From contig NW_021833036.1 in the NCBI RefSeq assembly GCF_006345805.1, forward strand, positions 62,001 to 126,000: 64,000 nt of DNA. Direction: 5' to 3'. Below are positions 1 to 12,009 of the stretch, piece by piece. Made by a program: the position numbers and the translations under genes. Within the stretch, counting starts at the first letter, position 1, and the number at the start of each line of letters is the position of its first letter. The DNA is from Octopus sinensis. Its lineage: Eukaryota. The notes beneath the pieces were generated by a model. The model was given only the letters and a program-made list of their open reading frames with translations, searched no databases and had not been told where the DNA came from.

Positions 1-140
1 CATCCAGCTGTAGAAACACTGCCAGATAAGACTGGAGCCTGGTGCAGCCTTCTGGCTTCCCAGATCCCCGGTCGAACCGTCCAACCCTTGCTAGCATGGA
101 GAACGGACGTTAAACGATGATGATGATGATGATGATGATG
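1..140 (+). mobile_element. 3' end of RTE-type LINE (family RTE-A) with (GAT)n tail
   Basis: Ends ...ggacgttaaacgatgatgatg; same 3'UTR as the RT-bearing copy at 4030-5477. Confidence 0.85.
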
Positions 141-399
141 AAGGCCTAATATTTTGGAGGGGGTGGCAGTCCATTACATCAACTCTGGGTTTATTTATTA
201 TCCATAAAGGACTATACACAGAAATTTCAAAAAAATAACAACCCCGAATCTCAATTTGGCCCTTATTTCATTGACTCCCGCAAAAGGATGAAAAGCAAAG
301 TCAACTTAAGAGGAATTTGAAATCAATTTAACACCTCTCCTGAAACTGCTGGCCCTGTGCCAAAATTTGAAACCATTATTATCATTATAAGAAAACCAT

Positions 400-1436
400 C
401 CGAATGTGGCCGTAGCCAGTACCGCATCGACTGGCCTCCGTGCTGTGGGCACGTAACAAACACCATCCGATCGTGGCCGTTCGCCAGCCTCGTCTGGCAC
501 CTGTGACAGTGGCACATAAAAAACACCATCCGAGCGTGGCCGTCTGCCAGACTCGTCTGGCACCTGTGTCGGTGGCACATAAAAAACACTATCCGAGCGT
601 GGCCGTCTGCCAGCCTCGTTTGGCACCTGTGTCGGTGGCACATAAAAAACACCATCCGAGCGTGGCCGTCTGCCAGCCTCGTCTGGCACCTGTGTCGATG
701 GCACATAAAAAACACCATCCGAGCATGGCCGTCTGCCAACCTCGTCTGGCACCTGTGTCGGTGGCACATAAAAAACACCATCCAATCGTGGCCATTCGTC
801 AGCCTCGTCTGGCACCTGTGTCGGTGGCACATAAAAAACACCATCCGATCGTGGCCGTTCTCCAGCCTCGTCTGGCACCTGCGTCGGTGGCACATAAAAA
901 AACACCATCTGAGCGTGGCCGTCTGCCAGCCTCGTCTGGCACCTGTGTCGGTGGCACATAAAAAACACATCACCATCCGATCGTGGCCGTTCTCCAGCCT
1001 CGTCTGGCACCTTGCGTCGGTGGCACATAAAAAACACCATCTGAGCGTGGCCGTCTGCCAGCCTCGTCTGGCACCTGTGTCGGTGGCACATAAAAAACAC
1101 CATCTGAGCATGGCCGTTCGCCAGCCTCGTCTGGCACCTGTGTCGGTGGCACATAAAAAACACCATCCGAGCGTGGCCGTCTGCCAGCCTCGTCTGGCAC
1201 CTGTGTCGGTGGCACATAAAAAACACCATCCGAGCGTGGCCGTTCCCCAGCTTCGTCGGCACCTGTGTCAGTGGCACATAAAATCACCCACTACACTCGG
1301 AGTGGTTGGCGTTAGGAAGGGCATCCAGCTGTAGAAACACTGCCAGATCTGACTGGCCTGGTGCAGCCTTCGGGCTCCCCAGACCCCAGTTGAACCGTCC
1401 AACCCATGCTAGCATGGAAAGCGGACGTTAAACGAC

Positions 1437-1465
<29 letters not shown>
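400..1465 (+). mobile_element. RTE-A 3'UTR with internal ~62-bp tandem array
   Basis: About 13-14 copies of ccatccgagcgtggccgtctgccagcctcgtctggcacctgtgtcggtggcacataaaaaaca (455-1280), followed by the RTE-A terminus and (GAT)n. Confidence 0.85.
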
Positions 1466-1467
<2 letters not shown>

Positions 1468-1600
1468 ATTATTAATATTTCTTCCCTTCTTCAAATTTTT
1501 ATTCTGATTCTCGCTGAGTGTTTTCCGTACTCCTAGGACAGAGAAGCTTTATTTATGGTATTAGCAACATCAATGTAAAAAGTTTTCCTGCATTAATACA

Positions 1601-2288
1601 TATTTATATATAAAAGTGAAGTTGTGTGTCTGTCTGTCTCCTACGATTTAGATTCCTAACTACTCCCACATTTTGCAGTGCAGTTTAACCAAAACCAGGT
1701 ATCTTATAGTCGTGATTCATATCGAGCCCTTCTGGGTATTAGCACGCGTCTACGATGAGTCTACGATTTAAAAAAAATTTACCATCATTCTTTTCCATTT
1801 TAATGCATTTTTTTGCTATTATATAAGGGAAGTAACTCTCTAAAAATGCTTATATAGTTATTTCCCTTACAAGCCCGAGTAACGCCTGGCAATACTGCTA
1901 GTCTTTATATATAAAAGTGAAGTTGTGTGTCTGTCTCCTACGATTTAGATTCCTAACTACTCACACATTTTGCGGTGCAGTTTAACCAAAACCGGGTATC
2001 TTATAGTCGTGATTCATATCGAGCCCTTCTGGGTATTAGCGCGCGTCTACGATTTAAAAAAAATTTACCATCATTTTTTTCCATTTTAATGCATTTTTTC
2101 GCTATTATATAAGGGAAGTAACTCTCTAAAAATGTCTACGATGAGTCAACGATTTAAAAAAGAAATTACCATCATTTTTTTTCCATTTTTAATGCATTTT
2201 TTTTGCTATTTTTTGGCTATAACTCTCTAAAAATGCTTATATGGTTATTTCCCTTACAAACCCGAGCAACGCCGGGCGATACTGCTAG
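1601..2288 (+). mobile_element. Head-to-tail dimer of non-autonomous Helitron (family Hel-G)
   Basis: Units 1601-1901 and 1902-2288. The second unit has 5' TC-TTTATATAT; both have the 3' hairpin CCCGAG-x-AACGCC-x-GG and CTAG; junction reads CTAG|TC. Confidence 0.85.
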
Positions 2289-2444
2289 TTATATATAAAA
2301 AATATATGCATGTGTACATACGAAAAGGTCCAACTTACACAGAATACAAATAATGCAGAGGGTTAAAGGGGTCAAAAAATTTATATGTTGATCTGTCTAA
2401 CATTTATTTCTATACCCACTCAACTAAGAGTACCATACAAACGA

Positions 2445-2836
2445 GATCGTTGCCAGAGCAACAAGCTGGCCTCCGTGCCGATGACACGTTAAAAACACCA
2501 TTCAAGCGTGATCGTTACCTGCGTTGCCTTACCAGCACTTGTGCTGGTGACACGTGAAAAAACATTCCAGCGAGGTCGTTGCCAGTGACGCTCGACTGCT
2601 CCTGTGCAGGTGGCACATAAAAAGCACCACTGAGCGTGGCCATTGCCAGTACTGCCTGACTGGCACTAATACTGGTGGCACGTAAAAGCACCCACTACAC
2701 TCTCGGAGTGGTTGGCGTTACGAAGGGCATCAAGCTGGAGAAACTCTGCCAGATTAGATTGGAGTTTGGTTCGCCAGACCTCAGTCAAATCGTCCAACCC
2801 ATGCTAGCATGGAAAGTGGACGTTAAATGATGATGA
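2445..2836 (+). mobile_element. RTE-A 3'UTR fragment
   Basis: Same 3'UTR, ending cgttaaatgatgatg. Confidence 0.8.
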
Positions 2837-3790
2837 TATATATATAAATATATAAATATATATACTATATGTATATATTATAGATCATTAATGGATATGT
2901 ATATATACATATATGGAGAAAGATAGATAACATATATGTATATATTATATATACATATCTGTATATGTATATATACATATATGTATATAATATATACATA
3001 ATGTATAGGTATATATACATATATGTATATATATATATACATATATGTATATATATATATACATATATGATATAGATATATACATATAGGTATGGGATAT
3101 ACATATATGTATAAATATATATACATATATGTATATATATATATACATATATGTATATATTATATATACATATAGGTAATATATATATATATAATATATA
3201 TATACATATATTATATATATATATATACATATATGTAATATATATATATATATACATATGTATAATATATATATACATATATGTATATATATATATAAGA
3301 TATATATACATATATGTATATATATATATATATACATATATGTATTATATATATACATTATGTATAATATATATATATATATATTAGATACATATATGTA
3401 TATATAATATATACATATATGTATATATATATATATATTATATATATATCTATATATAATCATATATGTATATAATACAATATATATATATATATATACA
3501 TAATATATATATATATAATACTATATATATATATATAACATATATGTATATATACATATATATATATATTATATCAGATATATATATATATATATATACA
3601 ATATATATATATATATACATATATGTATATATATACAGATATATATATATCTATATATAATATATATACATATATGTATAATATACATATATATATATAG
3701 ATATATGTATACAGATACATATATATATACAATTACATAATATATATATATATATACATATATATATAATATATACATATATGTTATATA

Positions 3791-3825
<35 letters not shown>

Positions 3826-4030
3826 GTATATAGATCTATATATATATATATATACATATTGTATAATATACATATATATATCATATACATATATAAACAT
3901 ATATATATACTATATATATACATATACATATATATATACATATTATATACATATATATATACATATACAATCATAACATATTATATATACATATACATAT
4001 ATATACACATATACATATATATATACATAT
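2836..4030. repeat. Compound (TA)n/(TACA) microsatellite, ~1.2 kb
   Basis: Direct reading; source of the Y/I-rich ORFs. Confidence 0.97.
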
Positions 4031-5477
4031 CATCATCATCATCATCGTCGTTTAAACGTCCGTTCTCCATGCTAGCATGGGTTGGACGGTTCGACCGGGG
4101 GTTCTGGGAAGCCAGAAGGCTGCACCAGGCTCCAGTCTAATTTGGCATGTTTCTACAGCTGATGCCTTCCTAACGCCAACCACTCCGTGAGTGTAGTGGG
4201 TGCTTTTTACGTGCCACCTGCACAGGTGCCAGGCGGCGCTGGCAACGGCCACGGTCAGATTGGTGTATTTTATGTGCCACCGGCACGGAAGCCAGTCGAG
4301 GCGGTGCTGGCATCGGCCACGAGTCGGATGTGCTTTTTACGTACCACCAGACCAGGGATCCTGGCTGGTTCAATTCGATTTCGATTTCGCTTGCCCCAAC
4401 ATGTCTTCACAAGCAAAGGGGGTTGGCAAGGGTGCCTGTCGTACGGTCGCATTGGAGTATTTACGTGCCACGGCCACGAGTCGGATAGTGCTTTTTACGT
4501 ACCACCAGACCAGGGATCCTGGCTGGTTCAATTCGATTCGATTTCGCTTGCCCCAACATGTCTTCACAAGCAAGGGGGTTGGCATGGGTGCCTGTCGTAC
4601 GGTCGCATTGGAGTATTTTACGTGCCACGGCCCCGAGTCGGATAGTGCTTTTTACGTACCACCAGGCCAGGGATCCTGGCTGGTTCAATTCGGTTTCGAT
4701 TTCGATTTCGATTTCGCTTGCCCCAACATGTCTTCGCAAGCATGGGGGGTTGGATGGGTGTCTGTCGTCGGATGAGGTTCTATATCGACTTCGCTTGCCT
4801 CAACCGGTCTTTGTGTCCAAGGGAGGAAAGGCATTCATAAGTGGGCGGGGCTCACTTGTCCTGCCTGGTCTTCTCACGTACAGAATATTTCCAAAGGTCT
4901 CGGTCTCTGGTCATTTCCTCAGTGAGGCCTAAAGTTCGAAGGTCGTGCTTCACAACCTCGTCCCAGGTTTTCCTGGGTCTACCTCTTCCACGGGTTCCCT
5001 CAACTGCTAGGGATTGGCACTTTCTCACACACCTATCTTCATCCATTCTCGCCACATGACCATACCAGCGCAATCGTCTCTCTTGCACACCAACAACTGA
5101 TGCTTCTTAGGTACAACATTTCTCTCAAGGTGCTAACGCTCTGTCGAGTATGTACACTGACATTACACATCCATCGGAGCATACTGGCTTCATTCCTCAC
5201 GAGCTTACGCATGTCCTCAGCAGTCACAGCCCATGTTTCGCTGCCATGTAGCATGGCTGTTCGTACACACGCATCATACAGTCTGCCTTTTACTCTGAGC
5301 GAGAGGCCTTTAGTCACCAGCAGAGGTAAGAGCTCCTAAACTTTGCCCAGGCTATTCTTATTCTAGCAGTTACACTTTCAGCGCACCCACCCCCACTACT
5401 GACTTGGTCACCTAGATAACGGAAGCTATCAACTACTTCTAGTTTTTCCCCCTGGAAAGTGACGGAAGTTGTTTCTT
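4030..5477 (-). mobile_element. 5'-truncated RTE-clade LINE (RTE-A), decayed ORF C-terminus plus 3'UTR
   Basis: ...FRYLGD...KGRLYDACVRTAMLHGSETW...RRLRWYGHVARM...GRGRPRKTW: typical RTE post-RT region, with a frameshift near 5090. The 3'UTR has internal duplications and ends in (GAT)n at ~4030. Confidence 0.92.
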
Positions 5478-5479
5478 AC

Positions 5480-5738
5480 ATATACATATACATATATATC
5501 ATATATTATATATACAATACATATATATAACATATATTACATAATATATACTATATATATACATATATATATACATATATATTACATATATATATACATA
5601 TATATATAATATATATATACATATTATATAAATATATATATATAAATATATATATATATAATATATATATACACATATATGTATATATATACATAGTATA
5701 TATACATATATACATATACATATATATACATTTATAAA

Positions 5739-5777
<39 letters not shown>

Positions 5778-5800
5778 CACACACACACACACACAAACAT
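5480..5800. repeat. (TA)n/(CA)n microsatellite
   Basis: Direct reading. Confidence 0.95.
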
Positions 5801-5909
5801 AAATATATCGATCTCCATACACAACGGAGTCTGGGCAATTTTTTTTTTTTTTAACTTTTGCTGGACTGACCACCCATGTAAACTAAAGGATAAATAGTAA
5901 ATTACTTAC

Positions 5910-5969
5910 AAGCAGGACAGGAATAGGCCTTGTTAAATTCTCTGGAACCATCTTCTTCACAGAAAATAT
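5910..5969 (-). CDS. CCNB1IP1: HEI10/CCNB1IP1 RING exon ((H)IFCEEDGSREFNKAYSCPA(C))
   Basis: gccag|AT ATT TTC TGT...CCT GCT T|gtaagt; 60 nt, phase 1/1. Similar to vertebrate HEI10 HIFCDQHGSGEFSRSPAICPAC (from memory). Further exons must lie left of the window. Confidence 0.9.
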
Positions 5970-6220
5970 CTGGCAGACATGTTCAGGAATATTAAACTAA
6001 TCAAGAAAGCTATTGACGGATTTGTTCAGGATTATCGTAAAATCAAATAAGAGAGCAATTAGTGGATATCTTTATTTTTTTTTTTTTTTAAGCTCAATAC
6101 TTATTCCATCAGTTTCTTTTGCCGAACCGCTAAGTTATGGAGATGTAAGCAGACCAACACTGGTTGTCAAACAGTGGTGGTAGTTGGGACAAACAGACAC
6201 ACACACATATATATATATAT

Positions 6221-6435
6221 TACTCTTTTTACTCTTTTACTTGTTTCAGTCATTTGACTGCGGCCATGCTGGAGCACCGCCTTTAGTCGAGCAAATCGAC
6301 CCCGGGGCTTATTCTTTGAAAGCCCAGTACTTATTCTATCGGTCTCTTTTGCCAAACCGCTAAGTGACGGGGACGTAAACACACCAGCATCGGTTGTCAA
6401 GCAATGCTAGGGGGACAAACATATATATATATATA

Positions 6436-6473
<38 letters not shown>

Positions 6474-6800
6474 TACGACTGGCTTCTTTCAGTTTCCGTC
6501 ACCAAATCCACTCAAAGGTATTGGTGGCCCAAGGGATAAACAGAAGACACTTGCCCAAGGTGCCACGCAGTGGGACTGAACCCGGAACCATGTGGTTGGT
6601 AAGCAAGCTACTTACCATACAGCCACTCCTATACATATATACAATGGGCTTCTTTCAGTTTCTGTCCACCAAATTAATTCACAAGGCTTTCGTTGGAGCG
6701 AGACTATAGTAGAAGACACTTGCCCAAGGTGCCATGTAGTGAGACTGAACCCGGAACCATTTGGTTGTGAAGCAAGCTTCTTACCACACAGCTACACCTG
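6221..6800 (-). mobile_element. tRNA-derived SINE-B (full copy plus extra head)
   Basis: Head with A-box TGGCTGTGTGG and B-box GGTTCAGTCCC, CORE-like CCTTGGGCAAG, internal (TA/TG)n and (AAAGAGT)n tail. More than 25 copies in the window. Confidence 0.9.
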
Positions 6801-7144
6801 CACCTATATCTAATATAATAAATGCGAAAACTAATTTGTGTGTGTCAGTGTGTCACACTTTGAACCCCTCTCTCACTATTCAATGACACTTCTACTATTG
6901 CTCATGTTGGGGTGAGAGTAATAGTAAGCATAGAGAGGGTGAGGGCAGTGGCAAAGAGAGAGAGAAAGAGGAGAAAAAGAAATTTAGAGTTGATGATGGC
7001 AATGGGAGTAATAATGAGAGAGAGAGAGGGAGATGATGTACAACTTTCTCAGAAAGAAATTCCTGTGGTCAGCATACTGAAGCAACTTACTGAACACCTA
7101 TTTTTGTTTTGTTTTTTTTTTTGCTTTCTTTAATACATATATAT

Positions 7145-7675
7145 ACATATAAATATATTCTTTTACTCTTGTTTCAGTCGTTTGACTGTGGCCATGCTGG
7201 AGCACCACATTTAGTCAGGCAAATCGACCCCAGGACTTATTCTTTGGAAGCCTAGTACTTATTCTACCGGTCTCTTTTGCCAAACTGCTAAATTACGGGG
7301 ACGTAAACACACCAGCATCGGTTGTCAAGCGATGTTGGGGGGACAAACACAGACACGCAAACACATACACACACACATACATACATAAGGCGGTGAGCTG
7401 GCAGAAGCGTTAGCCGCCGGGCGAAATGCGTAGCTGTGATTTCTTCTGCCGTTACGTGTGAGTTCCAAATTCCACGATGTCAACTTTGCTTTCCTCCTTT
7501 CGGGGTCGATAAATTAAGTACCAGTACGCACTGGGGTCGATGTAAGCCTAGTACTTATTCTTCGTCTCTTTTGCCGAGGCTATAGGGGAAGGCACTTGCC
7601 CAAGGTTCCACGCAGTGGGACTGAACCCGGAACTATGTGGTTCGTAAGCAAGCTACTAACCACACAGCCATTCCA
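7145..7675. mobile_element. SINE-B pieces interrupted by a SINE-C head (7387-7545)
   Basis: Sequence identity with other copies in the window. Confidence 0.8.
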
Positions 7676-7678
7676 ACT

Positions 7679-7717
<39 letters not shown>

Positions 7718-7946
7718 TATGTGCGTGAATGTCAGCGTATCACACTTTTTCAACTTTACTCCTAGAGGCCGTAGCCCAACATATCAAACCATTTTGCAAT
7801 CAGGCTGACGGTGAGTAAATTAAAAACATTCCAGGGCGAATCCAGACCCGCAATCCTGAAATTTTGGATCCCTATGATTTCATTACTGCAATTGTTTTCA
7901 ATAATTTTTTTTACATGATTTTTAGCGACGAATATAATCATCATTA

Positions 7947-8722
7947 GGCGCAGGAGTGGCTGTGTGGTAAGTAGCTTGCTTACCAACTACATGGTTCCGG
8001 GTTCAGTCCCACTGCGTGACACCTTGGGCAAGTGTCTTCTACTATAGCCTCGGGCCGACCAAAGCATTGTGAGTAAATGGAAACTGAAAGAAGCCCATCG
8101 TATATATGTATATATAATGTGTGTGTGTATAATTAGTGTGTGTGTATGTTATATATATTATATATATATATATATATATGTGTGGTATATATATGTATAT
8201 ATATAGGTGGTGTGTGTGTGATATAATATGTGATATATATATATATAATATTATATAATATATATATATATATATATAATAATATATAATATATATATAT
8301 TATGATATAATATATATATATATATGTGTGGTAAGTAGCTTGCTAACTAGCCACATGGTTCCGGGTTCAGCCCCACAGCGTGGCCTTGGGCAAGTGTCTT
8401 CTGCTATAGCCCCGAGCTGACCAATGCCTTGTGAGGGATTTGGTAGACGGAAACTGAAAGAAGCCTGTCGTATATATGTATATATATATAATATGTATGT
8501 GTGTGTGTTTGTGTGTCTGTGTTTGTCCCCCTAGCATTGCTTGACAACCGATGCTGGTGTGTTTACGTCCCCGTCACTTAGTGGTTCAGCAAAAGAGACT
8601 GATAGAATAAGTACTGGGCTTACAAAGAATAAGTCCCGGGGTCGAGTTGCTCGACTAAAGGTGGTGCTCCAGCATGGCCGCAGTCACATGACTGAAACAA
8701 GTAAAAGAGTAAAGAGTAAAAG
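7947..8722 (+). mobile_element. SINE-B head, microsatellite and second SINE-B
   Basis: Sequence identity with other copies. Confidence 0.88.
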
Positions 8723-8945
8723 AGAATATCATTGGAATATGACTCTGGAGGAACCAACTGCAACAAATTCTTCAAAACAAGTCAGGGGTCTGTTTGCAGA
8801 TTTTCCCTTCGGGGTCAGATGCTTAAAAACTACATATTGACTTAAAAGACGCCCGACAGAGCACCCTAAGGAAGAATTTTATTTTTAGTTGAATTAATTG
8901 ACCCCAGGACACTTTATTTTTCTAAGTTCTCCCTTAAATCATACT

Positions 8946-9349
8946 CTCTCTTTTACTCTTTTACTTGTTTCAGTCATTTGACTGCGGCCATGCTGGAGCA
9001 CCGCCTTTAGTCGAGCAAATCGACCCCGGGACTTATTCTTTGTAAGCCCAGTACTTATTCTATCAGTCTCTTTTGCTGAACCACTAAGTGACGGGGACGT
9101 AAACACACCAGCTCCGTTGTCAAGCAATGCTAGGGGGACAAACCACAGACACACAAACACACACACATACATATATATATATATACATATATACGACAGG
9201 CTTCTTTCAGTTTCCGTCTACCAAATCCACTCACAAGGCATTGGTCGGCTCGGGGCTATAGCAGAAGACACTTGCCCAAGATGCCACGCAGTGGGGCTGA
9301 ACCCAGAACCATGTGGCTGGTTAGCAAGCTACTTACCACACAGCTACCC
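8946..9349 (-). mobile_element. SINE-B
   Basis: Near full-length copy. Confidence 0.9.
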
Positions 9350-9739
9350 CTGATTGTTTTACAGAAGAAAGGACACATTGTATAATGTAGTCCAAGACAA
9401 GCTGTACCAGAAAGAAAAATGAGAGGGTGATCTGGAATATGTGTGTTTAAATGAGCACTCTGTCTGGGTTGACCTTGGGCCAAAAACTTAATATTTATAT
9501 TTACAAGTGAATACAGACAGCTATGTGGTCATTTGACCTGCTAGAAACAGTGGCCAATTTTCCCTCAGATCGCATATTGTCACAAATAATGATAATGATA
9601 AAACACATTAGACAAGGGTAGTCCCAGACAGAACCCCCTAAACAAACGAAATGGCCATGGCTGGAATGTCTTGGAACATAAGTTAGTTTTTTTTTATTAC
9701 AGTTGACGAGGAGGTGAAAGAACTACAAGAAGGAAAAAT

Positions 9740-10070
9740 GAAGAAAGAGGAAGGAAGGAAGGAAGGAAGGAAGGAAGGAGAAGGAAAGAGAAAACGGAAA
9801 AGAGGAGGTATGAGAAAAGGAAAGAAAGATAAAAGGAAAGGGGGAGAGGGGAGAGGAAAGAACGAAAAGAGAGAAAGGAGGAAATGAAAGACGGTGGGGG
9901 GTAGGAGGGACTGTGGAGGAGGAGGAGGGGGCAGAGGATGGGGAGGGGGCAGTGGATGGGGGGGTGGGATCCTGGCTGCTGCTCGCTGTAAAGATATAGA
10001 AGGAAAAAGAAGGGAGAAGAAAGAGGAAGGAAGGATGGCAGGAAGGAAGGAAGGAGGAAGAAAGCCACTC
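9740..10070. repeat. Purine-rich (GGAA)n / G-run low-complexity block with G-quadruplex potential at 9893-9968
   Basis: Multiple G4+ runs with short spacers. Confidence 0.8.
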
Positions 10071-10278
10071 TGGTGAGACAGACTCGCAGAGGGGGAGGGC
10101 GAGACGAAGCTTAAATATAACCCAAGACGGCATCTTATGAGGGCATCGGTACTGCGACTCCCAGGGGTTGAGGAACTGAAGCAACACAAGGTAAGAATTC
10201 TAAAGAAATAAGAAATAATTTTCAAAAACAATGAGACATTATTTGTCTTTCGACTGGAATCCCGCAGATAAAAGATAC

Positions 10279-10294
10279 GTGAACAAGAAGTGAC
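10279..10294 (-). CDS. CCNB1IP1: HEI10/CCNB1IP1 16-nt micro-exon (VTSCS + first base of His)
   Basis: Minus strand reads ttttcttttctcttaatttcag|GTC ACT TCT TGT TCA C|gtatc. Phase 0 in and phase 1 out exactly bridge the flanking exons and restore the conserved WVT-x-CSHIFC motif. Confidence 0.9.
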
Positions 10295-10539
10295 CTGAAA
10301 TTAAGAGAAAAGAAAAAAACCTCGTTAGATAAACATTAATTATTTTTATAAGCAAAAATACACCAAGAACTCGCTTTCTTAGATACTATCTTTAACTTAC
10401 TTTTTCAGTGAGCATTAATAGAACTATCTCGTTAACTTTGAAGCACCCTCTACTACACTAAATATATTAACACTAGCTTAATTATCTGCCGAACGACATA
10501 AATACTTCTAGACAGCTTTTAAAAACTCTTTATCATCAT

Positions 10540-11870
10540 CATCATCCATCATCATCATCATCACCATTTAATGTCTGTTTTTCATGGTGGCATGGGGTTA
10601 GACTGCTTGACGGGGAACTAGCAAGGCCAGGGGCCACACCCGGCTGTTTTGGCTTGGTTTCTTCAACTGGATGCTTTTCCAAATGCCAACCACTTTACAA
10701 AATGTACTGAGTGCCTTTTACGTGGCACCAGCACTTCTTATGTGACACCAGTAATTTCTACGTGGCACCAGCGCTTTTTATGGGTCACAACAACCAGTGC
10801 TTTTTACGTGGTACCACCACCTTTTACGTGGTACCAGCACCACCACCTTTTACATGGTACCACCACCTTTTACGTGGTCCCAGCACCTTTTACGTGGCAC
10901 CACCACCTTTTACATGGTACCACCACCTTTTACGTGGTACCAGCACCAGTGCTTTTTACGTGGCACCACCATCTTTTACATGGTACCAGCACCAGTGCTT
11001 TTTACGTGGCACCACCACCTTTTACGTGGCACCACCACCTTTTACGTGGCACCACCACCTTTTACATGGTACCACCACCTTTTACGTGGCACCACCACCT
11101 TTTACATGGTACCACCACCTTTTACGTGGCACCACCACCTTTTACATGGTACCACCACCTTTTACGTGGCACCACCACCTTTTACGTGGCACCACCACCT
11201 TTTACGTGGCACCACCACCTTTTACGTGGCACCACCACCTTTTACGTGGCACCACCACCTTTTACGTGGTACCAGCACCAGTGTTTTTACGTGGCACCAC
11301 CACCTTTAGTGGTACCACCACCTTTTACGTGGTACCAGCACCAGTGCTTTTTACGTGGCACACCACCTTTTACGTGGTACCACCACCTTTTACGTGGGGT
11401 ACCAGCACCAGTGCTTTTACGTGGCACCACCACTTTTACGTGGCACCACCACCTTTTACGTGGCACCACCACCTTTTACGTGGTACCACCACCTTTTACG
11501 TGGTACCAGCACCAGTGCTTTTTACGTGGCACCACCACCTTTTACGTGGCACCACCACCTTTTACGTGGCACCACCACCTTTTACGTGGTACCACCACCT
11601 TTTACGTGGTACCAGCACCAGTGCTTTTTACGTGGTACCACCACCTTTTACGTGGCACCACCACCTTTTACGTGGTACCACCACCTTTTACGTGGTACCA
11701 GCACCAGTGCTTTTTACGTGGCACCACCACCTTTTACGTGGTACCACCACCTTTTACGTGGTACCAGCACCAGTGCTTTTTACGTGGCACCACCACCTTT
11801 TACATGGCACCACCACCTTTTACGTGGCACCACCACCTTTTACGTGGCACCAGCACTTTTTACGTGGCAG
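10540..11870 (-). repeat. RTE-A 3' end leading into a ~1.1-kb 20/26-bp minisatellite
   Basis: Units GTGGCACCACCACCTTTTAC (20 bp) and GTGGTACCAGCACCAGTGCTTTTTAC (26 bp) from ~10790 to 11870. Confidence 0.93.
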
Positions 11871-12009
11871 AAGAACCAACACCAATGCTTTATAAGTGAC
11901 ACCTTGGTTATATAGTAACACTAACTTAACTGTCTATCTCACCACATGATTACTTCTAGATAATTTTTAATGTCGCCTTACTGGCACTCGAACCCCGTGC
12001 TAGTAGGAT

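Noticed and set aside
306-1334. Long overlapping ORFs on both strands
   Set aside because: Translations of a 62-bp tandem repeat; no domain content.
2333-2440. Minus-strand GTAAGT donor as the next HEI10 exon
   Set aside because: No frame gives HEI10-like sequence or the required phase-1 Cys completion; the next exon is probably outside the window.
10649-11915. ~400-aa His/Thr-rich ORFs in three frames
   Set aside because: Produced by the stop-free 20/26-bp minisatellite.
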